A DNA stretch of 42,733 bases, taken from contig DATIDU010000104.1 of the NCBI GenBank assembly GCA_035456145.1, positions 1 through 42,733 on the forward strand, given 5' to 3'. Under the pieces are notes generated by a model. It was given only the letters and a program-made list of their open reading frames with translations, made no database searches and had not been told where the DNA came from. Below, piece by piece: positions 34,026 through 41,837 of the stretch (position 1 is its first letter; each line of letters starts with the position of its first letter). The position numbers and the translations under genes are program-made. The stretch comes from Gaiellales bacterium. GTDB taxonomy: Bacteria; Actinomycetota; Thermoleophilia; Gaiellales; JAICJC01.

Positions 34026-35144
34026 TCATCGGATGGCGTACCGCTCGGCGTCGGGGTGCTTCAGGTCGTAGCCGGCACCGGGGCGGGACAGGTCGGGCCG
34101 CAGGCATCCGTGCTCCGGCTCGGCGGGGCCGTCGAGGAGCAGCGCCTCGGCGCGGACGTGGTCTGCGAAGTACTCGAGATGGCGCAGCCGGCCGGCGGCG
34201 CAGCAGGGATGCAGGTGCGCCGCGGGCGCGCAGTGGGCCGACAGGTCGAGGCAGTGGGCGGAGCACAGTGCGGCGACGCGCAGGAACCCGGTGATGCCGC
34301 GGCAGCGGGTGACGTCGGCCTGAAGACAGTCGACCGCGCCGGCTCCGAGGAGGCGTGCGAAGTCGACGTCAGCGAAGCCGTACTCGCCCGCGGCGAGGTC
34401 GATCCCGGCCGGCAACCGGTCACGCAGGAGCCGCAGGCCCGCCAGGTCGTCCGACGACACGGGCTCCTCGAACCAGACGACGCGGGCCGGCGCCAGCACG
34501 TCCTCGGCGAACGCCAGGGCCGCCTTGCGGGAGAGGGCGCCGTTGGCGTCGGCCATGAGCTCCGCGCGGGGGCCGATCGCGCTGCGGGCGAGCGCCACCC
34601 GGCCAGGGTCGGCGGCCGGATCGCGCCCGACCTTCATCTTGACACGCGGGATGCCCATCTCCACCCAGCCGCCGAGCTGGCGCTCCAGCTCGGCGTCAGT
34701 GAGCGACGTGAAGCCGCCGCTGCCGTAGACCGGCACCTCGTCCCGGGCCTCGTCGAGCAGCGTGACGAGTGGCAGGCCGAGCAGGCGCGCCTTCAGATCC
34801 CAGAGCGCGAGGTCGACCGCCGCGATCGCCATCGACGCCACGCCGACCGAGCCGGCGTTCCGGCAGGCGGCGACCATCCCCTCCCAGGCGACGGCTACGG
34901 CGAAGGCGTCACGGCCCACGACCACCGGCGCGAGGAGCTCGTCGACGACGCTGCGGCAGGCACGGGAGCCGTAGGTGTAGCCCACGCCGGTCTCGTCGCC
35001 GGCGTGCGCCTCGACGACGATCATGACGGTCGAGGCCCACCGCGCCGTCCCATCCGACTCAGGCGTCTCGAGCGGGATCTCGAACGCCCGCGCATCGAGG
35101 GCCGAGACGGCGGCCTCGGTGCCGGCGACGGTTACCTGGCTCAC
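34026..35144 (-). CDS. Enolase-superfamily enzyme (mandelate racemase/muconate lactonizing enzyme family, possibly a sugar-acid dehydratase)
   Basis: This is the last 372 codons of ORF 34026..35873, with KMKVG, ADANGA, FEEPV and DLAAGE metal/catalytic motifs. The GTG at 35144 overlaps the upstream stop (GTGA). Confidence 0.88.
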   Translation of the reverse strand: MSQVTVAGTEAAVSALDARAFEIPLETPESDGTARWASTVMIVVEAHAGDETGVGYTYGSRACRSVVDELLAPVVVGRDAFAVAVAWEGMVAACRNAGSVGVASMAIAAVDLALWDLKARLLGLPLVTLLDEARDEVPVYGSGGFTSLTDAELERQLGGWVEMGIPRVKMKVGRDPAADPGRVALARSAIGPRAELMADANGALSRKAALAFAEDVLAPARVVWFEEPVSSDDLAGLRLLRDRLPAGIDLAAGEYGFADVDFARLLGAGAVDCLQADVTRCRGITGFLRVAALCSAHCLDLSAHCAPAAHLHPCCAAGRLRHLEYFADHVRAEALLLDGPAEPEHGCLRPDLSRPGAGYDLKHPDAERYAIR

Positions 35145-36925
35145 CGCTCCGGGAGCAGCCCGGCGACCATCTGCCGAAGGGACTGCCGGATCATGCGGCC
35201 CCGGTCGGGATCCCCGCGGACGACCGCCTCGGCGAAGTGGCGGGCCTGCTCGAACGTGATGTGCGGCGGAAGCGGCGGCACCTCGGGATCCGTGACGGCC
35301 TCGAGCACGGCCGGGCGGCCTGCGGCAAGCGCCGCGTCCCAGGCGGCGCCGACGTCTTCGGGATCGTCCACCCGGATGCCGGCAAGCCCGATCATCTCCG
35401 CGAACCGCGCGTACGGGAAGTCGGGGATGTCCTGCGACGCCTCGTACTTCGGGTCGCCCTGCATGACACGCTGCTCCCAGGTGACCTGGTTCAGGTCGTG
35501 GTTGTTCAGCACCATCACCACCAGGCGCTGGTCGCGCCAGCGCTCGTGATACTTGGCGATCGTGATCAGCTCGGCCATGCCGTTCATCTGCATCGCGCCG
35601 TCGCCCACGAGCGCGATCACCGGGCGGGCGGGATGCGCGAACTTGGCGCCGATGGCGTACGGCACGCCCGCGCCCATGGTCGCCAGGTTGCCCGAAAGCG
35701 ACGCCATCATCCCGTCGCGCACCCTCACGTCGCGCGCGAACCAGTTCGCCGCCGAGCCGGAGTCGGAGGTGATGATCGCCCGGTCGGGCAGGCGGAGGGC
35801 GAGCTCGTGGAACACCCGCTGGGGGTTGATCGGGTCGGCCGGAGACAGCGCCCGCTCCTCGAGAACATGCCACCAGTCGCCGACGGAGCGTTCGATGCGC
35901 TCACGCCACGAGGCGTCGGTCTTCGGCTCGAGCAGCGGCAGGAGCGCCGCGAGCGTCGCGCGGGCATCGCCGACGAGCTGCACCTCCATCGGGTAGCGGA
36001 TGCCGAGCATGCGTCCGTCGACGTCGATCTGCACGCCGCGCGCCTGGCCCTCCTCGGGGAGGAACTCCGAGTAGGGGAAGCTCGACCCGACCATGAGCAG
36101 CGTGTCGCACTCGTCCATGAGCTCCCAGCTCGGCCGGGTGCCGAGCAGGCCGATCGAGCCCGTCACGAACGGCAGGTCGTCGGCGACGACGGCCTTGCCG
36201 AGGAGCGCCTTCGCGATCCCGGCGCCGAGCGTCTCGGCCGTCAGGATGACCTGGTCGCGTGCGCCCAGCGCGCCCTGGCCGACGAGCATCGCCACCCTCT
36301 CGCCGGCGTTCAGCACCTCGGCCGCCCGCTCGAGGTCGGCCCGCTGGGGCACGACAACGGGCCGCGAGTATCCCGGGGAGGAGTGGATCGTGCCGTGCGC
36401 GCGGCCCGGCTCCTCGGCCGGTCGCGCCGCAAGGTCGTTGGGGACGACGATGCAGGTGACCGTGCGCTGGTCGAGCGCGATGCGCGCCGCGCGGTCGACC
36501 AGGTGGCGCATCTGGGACGGGTCGGTCGCCATGTGCACGTACTCGTGGGCGACGTCCTTGAACAGGGTCGTCAGATCGACCTCCTGCTGGTAGGAGCCGC
36601 CCAGCGCGGGCATCGCCTGCTGCCCGACGATCGCGAGCACCGGCTGGTGGTCGAGCTTCGCGTCGTAGAGGCCGTTCAGGAGGTGGATCGCCCCGGGGCC
36701 CGACGTGGCCAGGCAGACGCCGAGCTGGCCGGTGAACTTGGCGTGCGCGCAGGCCATGAACGCCGCCATCTCCTCGTGCCGCGCCTGGATGAACTCCGGG
36801 TCGCCGTCCGCACGGTCGAACGCGCCCATGATGGCGTTGATCCCGTCGCCGGGATAGCCGTAGACGCGGTGGATCCCCCACTCGCGCAGGCGCGAGACGA
36901 GGAAGTCGGCGACGGACTCAGCCAT
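35141..36925 (-). CDS. Thiamine-pyrophosphate enzyme, pyruvate oxidase/pyruvate dehydrogenase (quinone) PoxB-like
   Basis: 594-aa ORF with RHEEMAAFMACAHAKFTG, ATSGPGAIHLLNGLYDA and the TPP motif GDGAMQMNG..NNHDLN. Confidence 0.9.
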   Translation of the reverse strand: MAESVADFLVSRLREWGIHRVYGYPGDGINAIMGAFDRADGDPEFIQARHEEMAAFMACAHAKFTGQLGVCLATSGPGAIHLLNGLYDAKLDHQPVLAIVGQQAMPALGGSYQQEVDLTTLFKDVAHEYVHMATDPSQMRHLVDRAARIALDQRTVTCIVVPNDLAARPAEEPGRAHGTIHSSPGYSRPVVVPQRADLERAAEVLNAGERVAMLVGQGALGARDQVILTAETLGAGIAKALLGKAVVADDLPFVTGSIGLLGTRPSWELMDECDTLLMVGSSFPYSEFLPEEGQARGVQIDVDGRMLGIRYPMEVQLVGDARATLAALLPLLEPKTDASWRERIERSVGDWWHVLEERALSPADPINPQRVFHELALRLPDRAIITSDSGSAANWFARDVRVRDGMMASLSGNLATMGAGVPYAIGAKFAHPARPVIALVGDGAMQMNGMAELITIAKYHERWRDQRLVVMVLNNHDLNQVTWEQRVMQGDPKYEASQDIPDFPYARFAEMIGLAGIRVDDPEDVGAAWDAALAAGRPAVLEAVTDPEVPPLPPHITFEQARHFAEAVVRGDPDRGRMIRQSLRQMVAGLLPER

Positions 36926-37502
36926 CGGAGCGCGATCCCGTAGCAGCGGTGCGCGAGCCGTGCGCGGCGAGCTGGTTCAGCATCTGCTCGCAGAACGCGG
37001 GCAGGTCGTCAGGCTTTCGGCTGCTCACAAGCATGCCGTCCACGTGGACCGTCTCCTCGACCCACGTCCCGCCGGCGTTTCGGATGTCGGTCTGAAGCGA
37101 CGGCCACGACGTGATGGTGCGGCCCTTCACCACGTCCGCCTCGACGAGCGTCCACGGGCCGTGGCAGATCACCGCCACCGGGCGCTCGTCGGTGAAGAAG
37201 GCCTTCACGAACCGCACCGCCCGCGGGTCGGTCCGCAGCATGTCGGGGTTCGCCACGCCGCCGGGCAGGACGAGCCCGTCATAGCGCGCCGGGTCGGCAT
37301 CATCGAGGCCCTGGTCGGCGTTGTAGGTCTTCGACTTGTCGAGGTGGTTGAACGCCTGGACGCTCCCGCCCTCCGGGGAGACAAGCTCCGGCTTTCCGCC
37401 GGCCTTCTGGACGGCCTTCCAGGGCTCGGTCATCTCGATCTCCTCGACGCCCTCGTCGGCGACGAGAAACGCGATGGTCTGTCCGTTCAGGTCTGGTGCC
37501 AT
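36918..37502 (-). CDS. DJ-1/PfpI family protein (type 1 glutamine amidotransferase-like, general-stress-protein-18-like)
   Basis: 194-aa ORF with the nucleophile elbow VAVICHGPW and LVLPGG. Its 3' end overlaps the next gene by 8 nt. Confidence 0.9.
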   Translation of the reverse strand: MAPDLNGQTIAFLVADEGVEEIEMTEPWKAVQKAGGKPELVSPEGGSVQAFNHLDKSKTYNADQGLDDADPARYDGLVLPGGVANPDMLRTDPRAVRFVKAFFTDERPVAVICHGPWTLVEADVVKGRTITSWPSLQTDIRNAGGTWVEETVHVDGMLVSSRKPDDLPAFCEQMLNQLAAHGSRTAATGSRSDG

Positions 37503-37511
37503 TGGGGGTCC

Positions 37512-37847
37512 CTACCGTTTCTTTGCATCGACGGCCCGCTGAAGCTGGGCCTTGTTCATGCTGGAGCGGCCCTGGATGCCGCGCTGCTTCGCCTCGTTGT
37601 ACAGCTGCGCCTTTGTGCGGCCCTTCGGCCGGTTCGTGCCAGACCGCTGTCCGCCGCGGCGCGACGAGGACATGTCCTGGGTCGAGCTCCGGGAGGCGGT
37701 CCGGGTCTGACCCTTCTGCGCCCGCTCCTTGTTGACCGTCCGCGCGGCGATCTCCTTGGCGCGCCGCGGGGATGCCCCCTGCTCGCGCTCGGAGTCGCGA
37801 ATGTGCTCGTACTTGCGTTCCTGTTTCCCGGTCCAGGTGCTGGGCAT
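37512..37847 (-). CDS. Small basic hydrophilic protein with C-terminal Rho_N/SAP-like motif
   Basis: ATG 37847 follows GGGAG at 8 nt. The 111 aa include KQERKYEHIRDSEREQG..AKEIAARTVNKERA and C-terminal TKAQLYNEAKQRGIQGRSSMNKAQLQRAV. Confidence 0.7.
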   Translation of the reverse strand: MPSTWTGKQERKYEHIRDSEREQGASPRRAKEIAARTVNKERAQKGQTRTASRSSTQDMSSSRRGGQRSGTNRPKGRTKAQLYNEAKQRGIQGRSSMNKAQLQRAVDAKKR

Positions 37848-37885
37848 GACTGGCTCCCAAGTCGAACGACGTGTACACCGCGCGG

Positions 37886-37911
37886 ATACCCGCACGTGCC
37901 GCCCGGCTAAC
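37886..37911 (-). promoter_or_regulatory. SigB/SigF-type promoter candidate GTTA-N16-GGGTAT
   Basis: The minus strand reads GTTA (37911-37908), a 16-nt spacer, then GGGTAT (37891-37886). It lies 38 nt upstream of ATG 37847, the first gene of the nine-gene operon. Confidence 0.45.
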
Positions 37912-37914
37912 GGG

Positions 37915-38103
37915 TCAGGAGTTGCGCTCGTGGTCAGGCGCGGGCGCCGCCGGCTTCGCCTCGTCGCGGTTCCGGCGGTCAGGCTTCGGCGCCTCGCGCT
38001 TGGTGCCGTAGCGGTCCTCCTCGGATTCCGGGCGGCCGGGGTCGGAGCCGCCCGGATACTCCTCGCCGTGCGAGCGGTCTTCGCCGGAGCTTGGGCGGCT
38101 CAT
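37915..38103 (-). CDS. Tiny hydrophilic, probably disordered protein (62 aa)
   Basis: The ORF is rich in E/D/R/P/G. Its ATG overlaps the stop of the upstream membrane-protein ORF (ATGA at 38100-38103). Confidence 0.5.
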   Translation of the reverse strand: MSRPSSGEDRSHGEEYPGGSDPGRPESEEDRYGTKREAPKPDRRNRDEAKPAAPAPDHERNS

Positions 38104-38375
38104 CCCTGCGTCCGGTCGCGCGACGCCGCGACGGTGTCACGGGTTTCGGTCTCGGGCGGTGACATCGCCTGGCCGACCGCCTCGCCGGGCTCCTGCTCCT
38201 CGACCCGGCGGCCGCCGCGGCTCGCGGCCGCGCCGCGAAGGGCGCCACCGACCAGGACGAGGGCCAGGATGATCACAAGCGGGATGGCCAGGAGAGCTGC
38301 GCCCGGCACGATCACGATCGAGACGAGGGCGAGCAGGAGCACGATCACGATCAGGATGGGGGTTGCTGCAATCAT
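38100..38375 (-). CDS. Small membrane protein (91 aa, two hydrophobic helices)
   Basis: This is the C-terminal part of ORF 38100..38744. ATG 38375 is followed by IAATPILIVIVLLLALVSIVIVPGAALLAIPLVIILALVLVGG. Confidence 0.6.
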   Translation of the reverse strand: MIAATPILIVIVLLLALVSIVIVPGAALLAIPLVIILALVLVGGALRGAAASRGGRRVEEQEPGEAVGQAMSPPETETRDTVAASRDRTQG

Positions 38376-38384
38376 GGCTCCGTG

Positions 38385-38409
38385 GTACCCGCACGCGAAG
38401 CGGCGCAAC
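38385..38409 (-). promoter_or_regulatory. Weaker SigB/SigF-type promoter candidate GTTG-N15-GGGTAC
   Basis: The minus strand reads GTTG (38409-38406), a 15-nt spacer, then GGGTAC (38390-38385). Only 9 nt separate the -10 from ATG 38375, so the transcript would be nearly leaderless. Confidence 0.3.
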
Positions 38410-38414
38410 CCTCC

Positions 38415-38440
38415 GTTTGGCCCGTTCGTCTGACGGGTAG
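38415..38440 (+). promoter_or_regulatory. SigB/SigF-type promoter candidate GTTT-N16-GGGTAG
   Basis: GTTT at 38415-38418, a 16-nt spacer, then GGGTAG at 38435-38440. It lies about 130 nt upstream of ATG 38573. Confidence 0.4.
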
Positions 38441-38572
38441 AACCGGGGCGACTCCGCTGGGAGAAACGTCCCCCGGTCCGGCGCCGGCGCCTACCGGCCC
38501 AACGCCCGTCGCAGGCTTCGTCGGGGGCCGGGTCCGGGGGCAACCGTATCCGCGAAGAGAGGGCATCTGGGC

Positions 38573-38812
38573 ATGGCGCAGGGCGCAGGGATCGACGCGA
38601 CGAGCAGCCTGACCGACGTCCAGGAGGCGTTCCGGGGCCAGGGCATGGAGCTCGTCGTCCGCCTGCGCGGAACGAGGTGGCAGGCGCTCGTGCGCGCCAT
38701 CCCCGGCAACGGCAGGCTGCACGCCGACGCGTGGGCCGCCTCACCCGACGAGGCCGCCCGGCGCGCGTGGCGGCGCCACATCGAGGAGCACGGCGGGACC
38801 GGGGCGAGCTAA
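38573..38812 (+). CDS. Hypothetical small protein (79 aa)
   Basis: The ORF has strongly GC-biased third positions and ends in a TAA stop that is the first triplet of repeat copy B. I recognise no family. Confidence 0.55.
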   Translation: MAQGAGIDATSSLTDVQEAFRGQGMELVVRLRGTRWQALVRAIPGNGRLHADAWAASPDEAARRAWRRHIEEHGGTGAS

Positions 38813-38908
38813 ACGCGGGGGAACCCAGGGTTCCCCGCGAGCCCCCTCCTTAACGGCCGGCGTCGCGTTTGCCGCACGACGGCGAAGAACGCGGTCTTCG
38901 CCGTCGCC
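38810..38908 (+). repeat. Two-hairpin intergenic repeat element, copy B
   Basis: TAAACGCGGGGGAACCCAGGGTTCCCCGCGAGCCCCCTCCTTAA..GACGGCGAAGAACGCGGTCTTCGCCGTCGCC. The first ~46 nt and last ~30 nt are near-identical to copy A, and the middle ~25 nt diverge. The stem change A:T (copy A) to G:C (copy B) is compensatory. Confidence 0.75.
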
Positions 38909-39038
38909 TCCCCCGTCAGTCGCTTGCTCCCGGACGTCCCGATTCGGTCCGGCGGCCGGCGATCGGGGTCACACCCCGCACCAGACGCGTCACACCCGTG
39001 TCACAGCCGCGATGCGGGTCTGACCCCAGGGTTCGACG

Positions 39039-40010
39039 TCAGGCGCGTTCGGTCGTGGCCGGCTGGAGGAAGACGTGCCGGATGGCCGGATCCCGGCTCC
39101 GCAGGTCGTCGATGATCCGGTCGGTGAGCTCCTCGATCTCGGGGACCGAGAGCTCGTCGCGAAACTCCACCCGGCCGGCGACGAGGACGTCGTCGGGGCC
39201 CACGTGCATCGTCCGTAGCTCCGGGACGGAGACGACCTCGGGGCGGCCCTCGATCTCGCGCTCGAGAAACTCGCGCGTCTCGGCCCGGGCCGATTCCCCG
39301 AGGAGGAGCCCCTTGGCGTGCGTGCCGACGCCGACCGCCGCTACCGCCAGGATGACGCCCACCCCGATCGAGGCGAGCGCGTCGAACGTCTCGCTCCCGG
39401 TAAGCACGCTCGCCCCGAGCCCGGCGGCAGCGACGAGCACGCCCGCGACAGCCGCAGTGTCCTCGAGCAGCACGACCCGGGGGACCGGGTCGCGCACCTC
39501 GCCGACGAAGCGCGTGAACGACACCCTTGAGCGCACGGCCCCCTGCCGCAGCTGGCGCGCGGCCCGGATCAGCGAGATGCCCTCGGCGACGAACGCCACG
39601 CTCAGAACCACGAACGACACGAGGGGATCCCCGATGGAGTGCCCGTCGCGCAGCGCCAGGACGCCCTGACCGATCGAGAAGACCGCGCCGGCGAAGAAGA
39701 TCCAGACGGCGGCAACGAACGCCCAGAAGAAGCGCTCCTTGCCGTGGCCGAACTGATGCTCCTCGTCGGCCGGCCGGCGGCCGAGGTGAAGCGAGGCGAG
39801 CAGGACGAGCTGGTCGACCGTGTCGGCGGTCGAGTGGGCAGCCTCGGCCAGCATCGCCGCCGAGCCGCTGGCGAGTCCGGCCAGGAGCTTGGCGAGCGCG
39901 ATCAGTGCGTTGGCCGCCAGCGCGACGAGGATCGTGAGCCGGCTCTCCCCCTCCTGCTCCCCACGCTCGGCGCCACCGGCGGGAGTCCGGCGCTTCGTCG
40001 CCTCGGCCAT
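39039..40010 (-). CDS. Cation diffusion facilitator (CDF) family metal efflux transporter
   Basis: 323-aa ORF with TM region motifs (SAAMLAEAAHSTADTVDQ, FGHGKERFFWAF) and a C-terminal cytoplasmic domain. It starts 5 nt after the MFS stop. Confidence 0.9.
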   Translation of the reverse strand: MAEATKRRTPAGGAERGEQEGESRLTILVALAANALIALAKLLAGLASGSAAMLAEAAHSTADTVDQLVLLASLHLGRRPADEEHQFGHGKERFFWAFVAAVWIFFAGAVFSIGQGVLALRDGHSIGDPLVSFVVLSVAFVAEGISLIRAARQLRQGAVRSRVSFTRFVGEVRDPVPRVVLLEDTAAVAGVLVAAAGLGASVLTGSETFDALASIGVGVILAVAAVGVGTHAKGLLLGESARAETREFLEREIEGRPEVVSVPELRTMHVGPDDVLVAGRVEFRDELSVPEIEELTDRIIDDLRSRDPAIRHVFLQPATTERA

Positions 40011-40015
40011 GCGCG

Positions 40016-41476
40016 TCAGGTGTCCGCGGTGAGCGGCTCGGCCACGTCCTCGAGCTGGCGCTGCTCAGCGTCCACACCGAGCCAGGCCTCGGTCAGGCCG
40101 CCGATGATCATGAGAATCGCACCGAGCAGGTACCCGAGGAACACCGTCATGCGGCTCCCCGACGCGATGTTGTGGCCGTAGAGCGCCGGGCCGATGATGC
40201 CGCCGATGCCCGTGGCGACGGCGTAGAAGAACGCGATCGCCATGGCGCGGGTCTCCATCGGGAAGATCTCGCTCACCGTCAGGTAGGCGGCGCTGGCGCC
40301 GGCGGACGCGAAGAAGAAGATCGCTGACCATCCGATCGTGAGCTGCGTCGCAGAGAGCACATCACGCTCGAAGAGCGCCCCAACCAGGATGAGCCCGGCG
40401 CCGGCGAGGACGTACGAGAGGGTGATCATGACCCGCCGGCCGACGGTGTCGAAGAGGCGGCCGAGCACAAGCGGGCCGACGAAATTGCCGAGCGCGAACG
40501 GCAGCAGGTACCACCCGATCGCATCGGCCGAGACGCCGTAGAAGTTGGTCAGGACGAGCGCGTAGGTGAAGAAGATCGCGTTGTAGAGGAACGCCTGCGT
40601 GACCATCAGCATGAAGCCGAGGAAGGACCGCCGCCGGTGATCGCCGAACACGGCCTTCACGACCGGGCCGAACCCGACGCTGCGCCGCTGCTCGACCTTG
40701 ATCGTGTCGTCGGGTTTCGAGAGCCGCTCGCCGGTGTCGTCGCGCACATCCTCCTCGATGTCCTGTACGACGTCCTCGGCCTCCTCGGCCTGGCCGTGCG
40801 TCATGAGCCAGCGCGGGCTCTCCGGCAGGAACTGGCGCAGGAGCAGGACGCCGACCGCGAGCGTCGCGCCGAGCCCGAAGCCGACCCGCCAGCCGACGTC
40901 CACCGCGAAGTAGGCCGGGTTCAGGAGGACGACCGAGGCGGCGGCGCCGACCGCCGTCCCGACCCAGTACGACCCGTTGATCGCCAGGTCGACGAAGCCG
41001 CGGACGCGGGCCGGGATGAGCTCGTCGATCGCCGAGTTGATGGCCGAATACTCCCCACCGATCCCGGCGCCCGTGAAGAACCGGGCGGCGGCGAACTCCC
41101 AGAAGTTCTGGGTGAAGGCCGTCGAGGTCGTGGCGATGAGGTACAGCGCCAGCGTGACCATGAAGAGCCGCTTCCGCCCGAAGCGGTCCGTGAGGTACCC
41201 GAAGCCGAGCGCGCCGACCACGGCGCCGGCGACGTAGATCGATCCCGCAAGGCCGATCTGCGACGGGCTGAGCGCAAGGGTGTCCTTCAGCTCGAGCTGG
41301 CCGGCGATCGCGCCGACGATCGTCACCTCGAGCCCGTCCAGGATCCACACGGCTCCCAGTGACAGGACGACGAGCCAGTGCCAGCGCGACCACGGCAGGC
41401 GGTCCATGCGCGCTGGAATGTCGGTCTCGACGACCTCCGGGCGGCGGGGGGTGAAGACTCCGGCAGTGCTGCTCAT
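40016..41476 (-). CDS. MFS transporter (metabolite:H+ symporter-like)
   Basis: ORF 40016..41485, 12-TM MFS with DRFGRKRLF and PESPRWL motifs. ATG 41476 sits 8 nt after GAGG. GTG 41485 is the alternative start. Confidence 0.9.
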   Translation of the reverse strand: MSSTAGVFTPRRPEVVETDIPARMDRLPWSRWHWLVVLSLGAVWILDGLEVTIVGAIAGQLELKDTLALSPSQIGLAGSIYVAGAVVGALGFGYLTDRFGRKRLFMVTLALYLIATTSTAFTQNFWEFAAARFFTGAGIGGEYSAINSAIDELIPARVRGFVDLAINGSYWVGTAVGAAASVVLLNPAYFAVDVGWRVGFGLGATLAVGVLLLRQFLPESPRWLMTHGQAEEAEDVVQDIEEDVRDDTGERLSKPDDTIKVEQRRSVGFGPVVKAVFGDHRRRSFLGFMLMVTQAFLYNAIFFTYALVLTNFYGVSADAIGWYLLPFALGNFVGPLVLGRLFDTVGRRVMITLSYVLAGAGLILVGALFERDVLSATQLTIGWSAIFFFASAGASAAYLTVSEIFPMETRAMAIAFFYAVATGIGGIIGPALYGHNIASGSRMTVFLGYLLGAILMIIGGLTEAWLGVDAEQRQLEDVAEPLTADT

Positions 41477-41511
41477 TGCGGTCACCTCGGTCGGGTGGGT
41501 CTGGCATCGAG

Positions 41512-41538
41512 ATGCCCGCCCGCGGAGGCCGCGAAACC
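41512..41538 (-). promoter_or_regulatory. SigB/SigF-type promoter candidate GGTTT-N16-GGGCAT
   Basis: The minus strand reads GGTTT (41538-41534), a 16-nt spacer, then GGGCAT (41517-41512, one mismatch to GGGTAT). It lies about 35 nt upstream of ATG 41476. Confidence 0.35.
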
Positions 41539-41552
41539 GCTGCGAGGCAGTG

Positions 41553-41578
41553 GTTTGCCGCGCGCGCGGGAGGGGTAG
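41553..41578 (+). promoter_or_regulatory. SigB/SigF-type promoter candidate (G)GTTT-N16-GGGTAG
   Basis: GTTT at 41553-41556 (preceded by G), a 16-nt spacer, then GGGTAG at 41573-41578. It lies 13 nt upstream of ATG 41592. Confidence 0.45.
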
Positions 41579-41591
41579 CCAGTTCGCGGAA

Positions 41592-41837
41592 ATGCGGCTC
41601 GCGAGCTACCACACCGCCTACGGCAGCCACCGGGGGGCGTGGTGCACGTTCCACGAGGTGCGCATGCTCGCGATGCGCGTGACCGAGGACGGCCCGCGAC
41701 TCATCGAGTCGCCCGAGGAGCTGACCGAGGGCACGATCCTCCACGCCCATGACGGACGCTACCTCGAGGTGTTCATCGTCGATTTCAAGGGCCGGTACTT
41801 CTGCGAGACCGTCGACGTCGGAGACACCGCGGCGTGA
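41592..41837 (+). CDS. Hypothetical small protein (81 aa)
   Basis: This is the in-frame ATG within ORF 41280..41837, after the divergent promoter region. The stop overlaps the next GTG (GTGA). I recognise no family, and the start is uncertain. Confidence 0.5.
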   Translation: MRLASYHTAYGSHRGAWCTFHEVRMLAMRVTEDGPRLIESPEELTEGTILHAHDGRYLEVFIVDFKGRYFCETVDVGDTAA

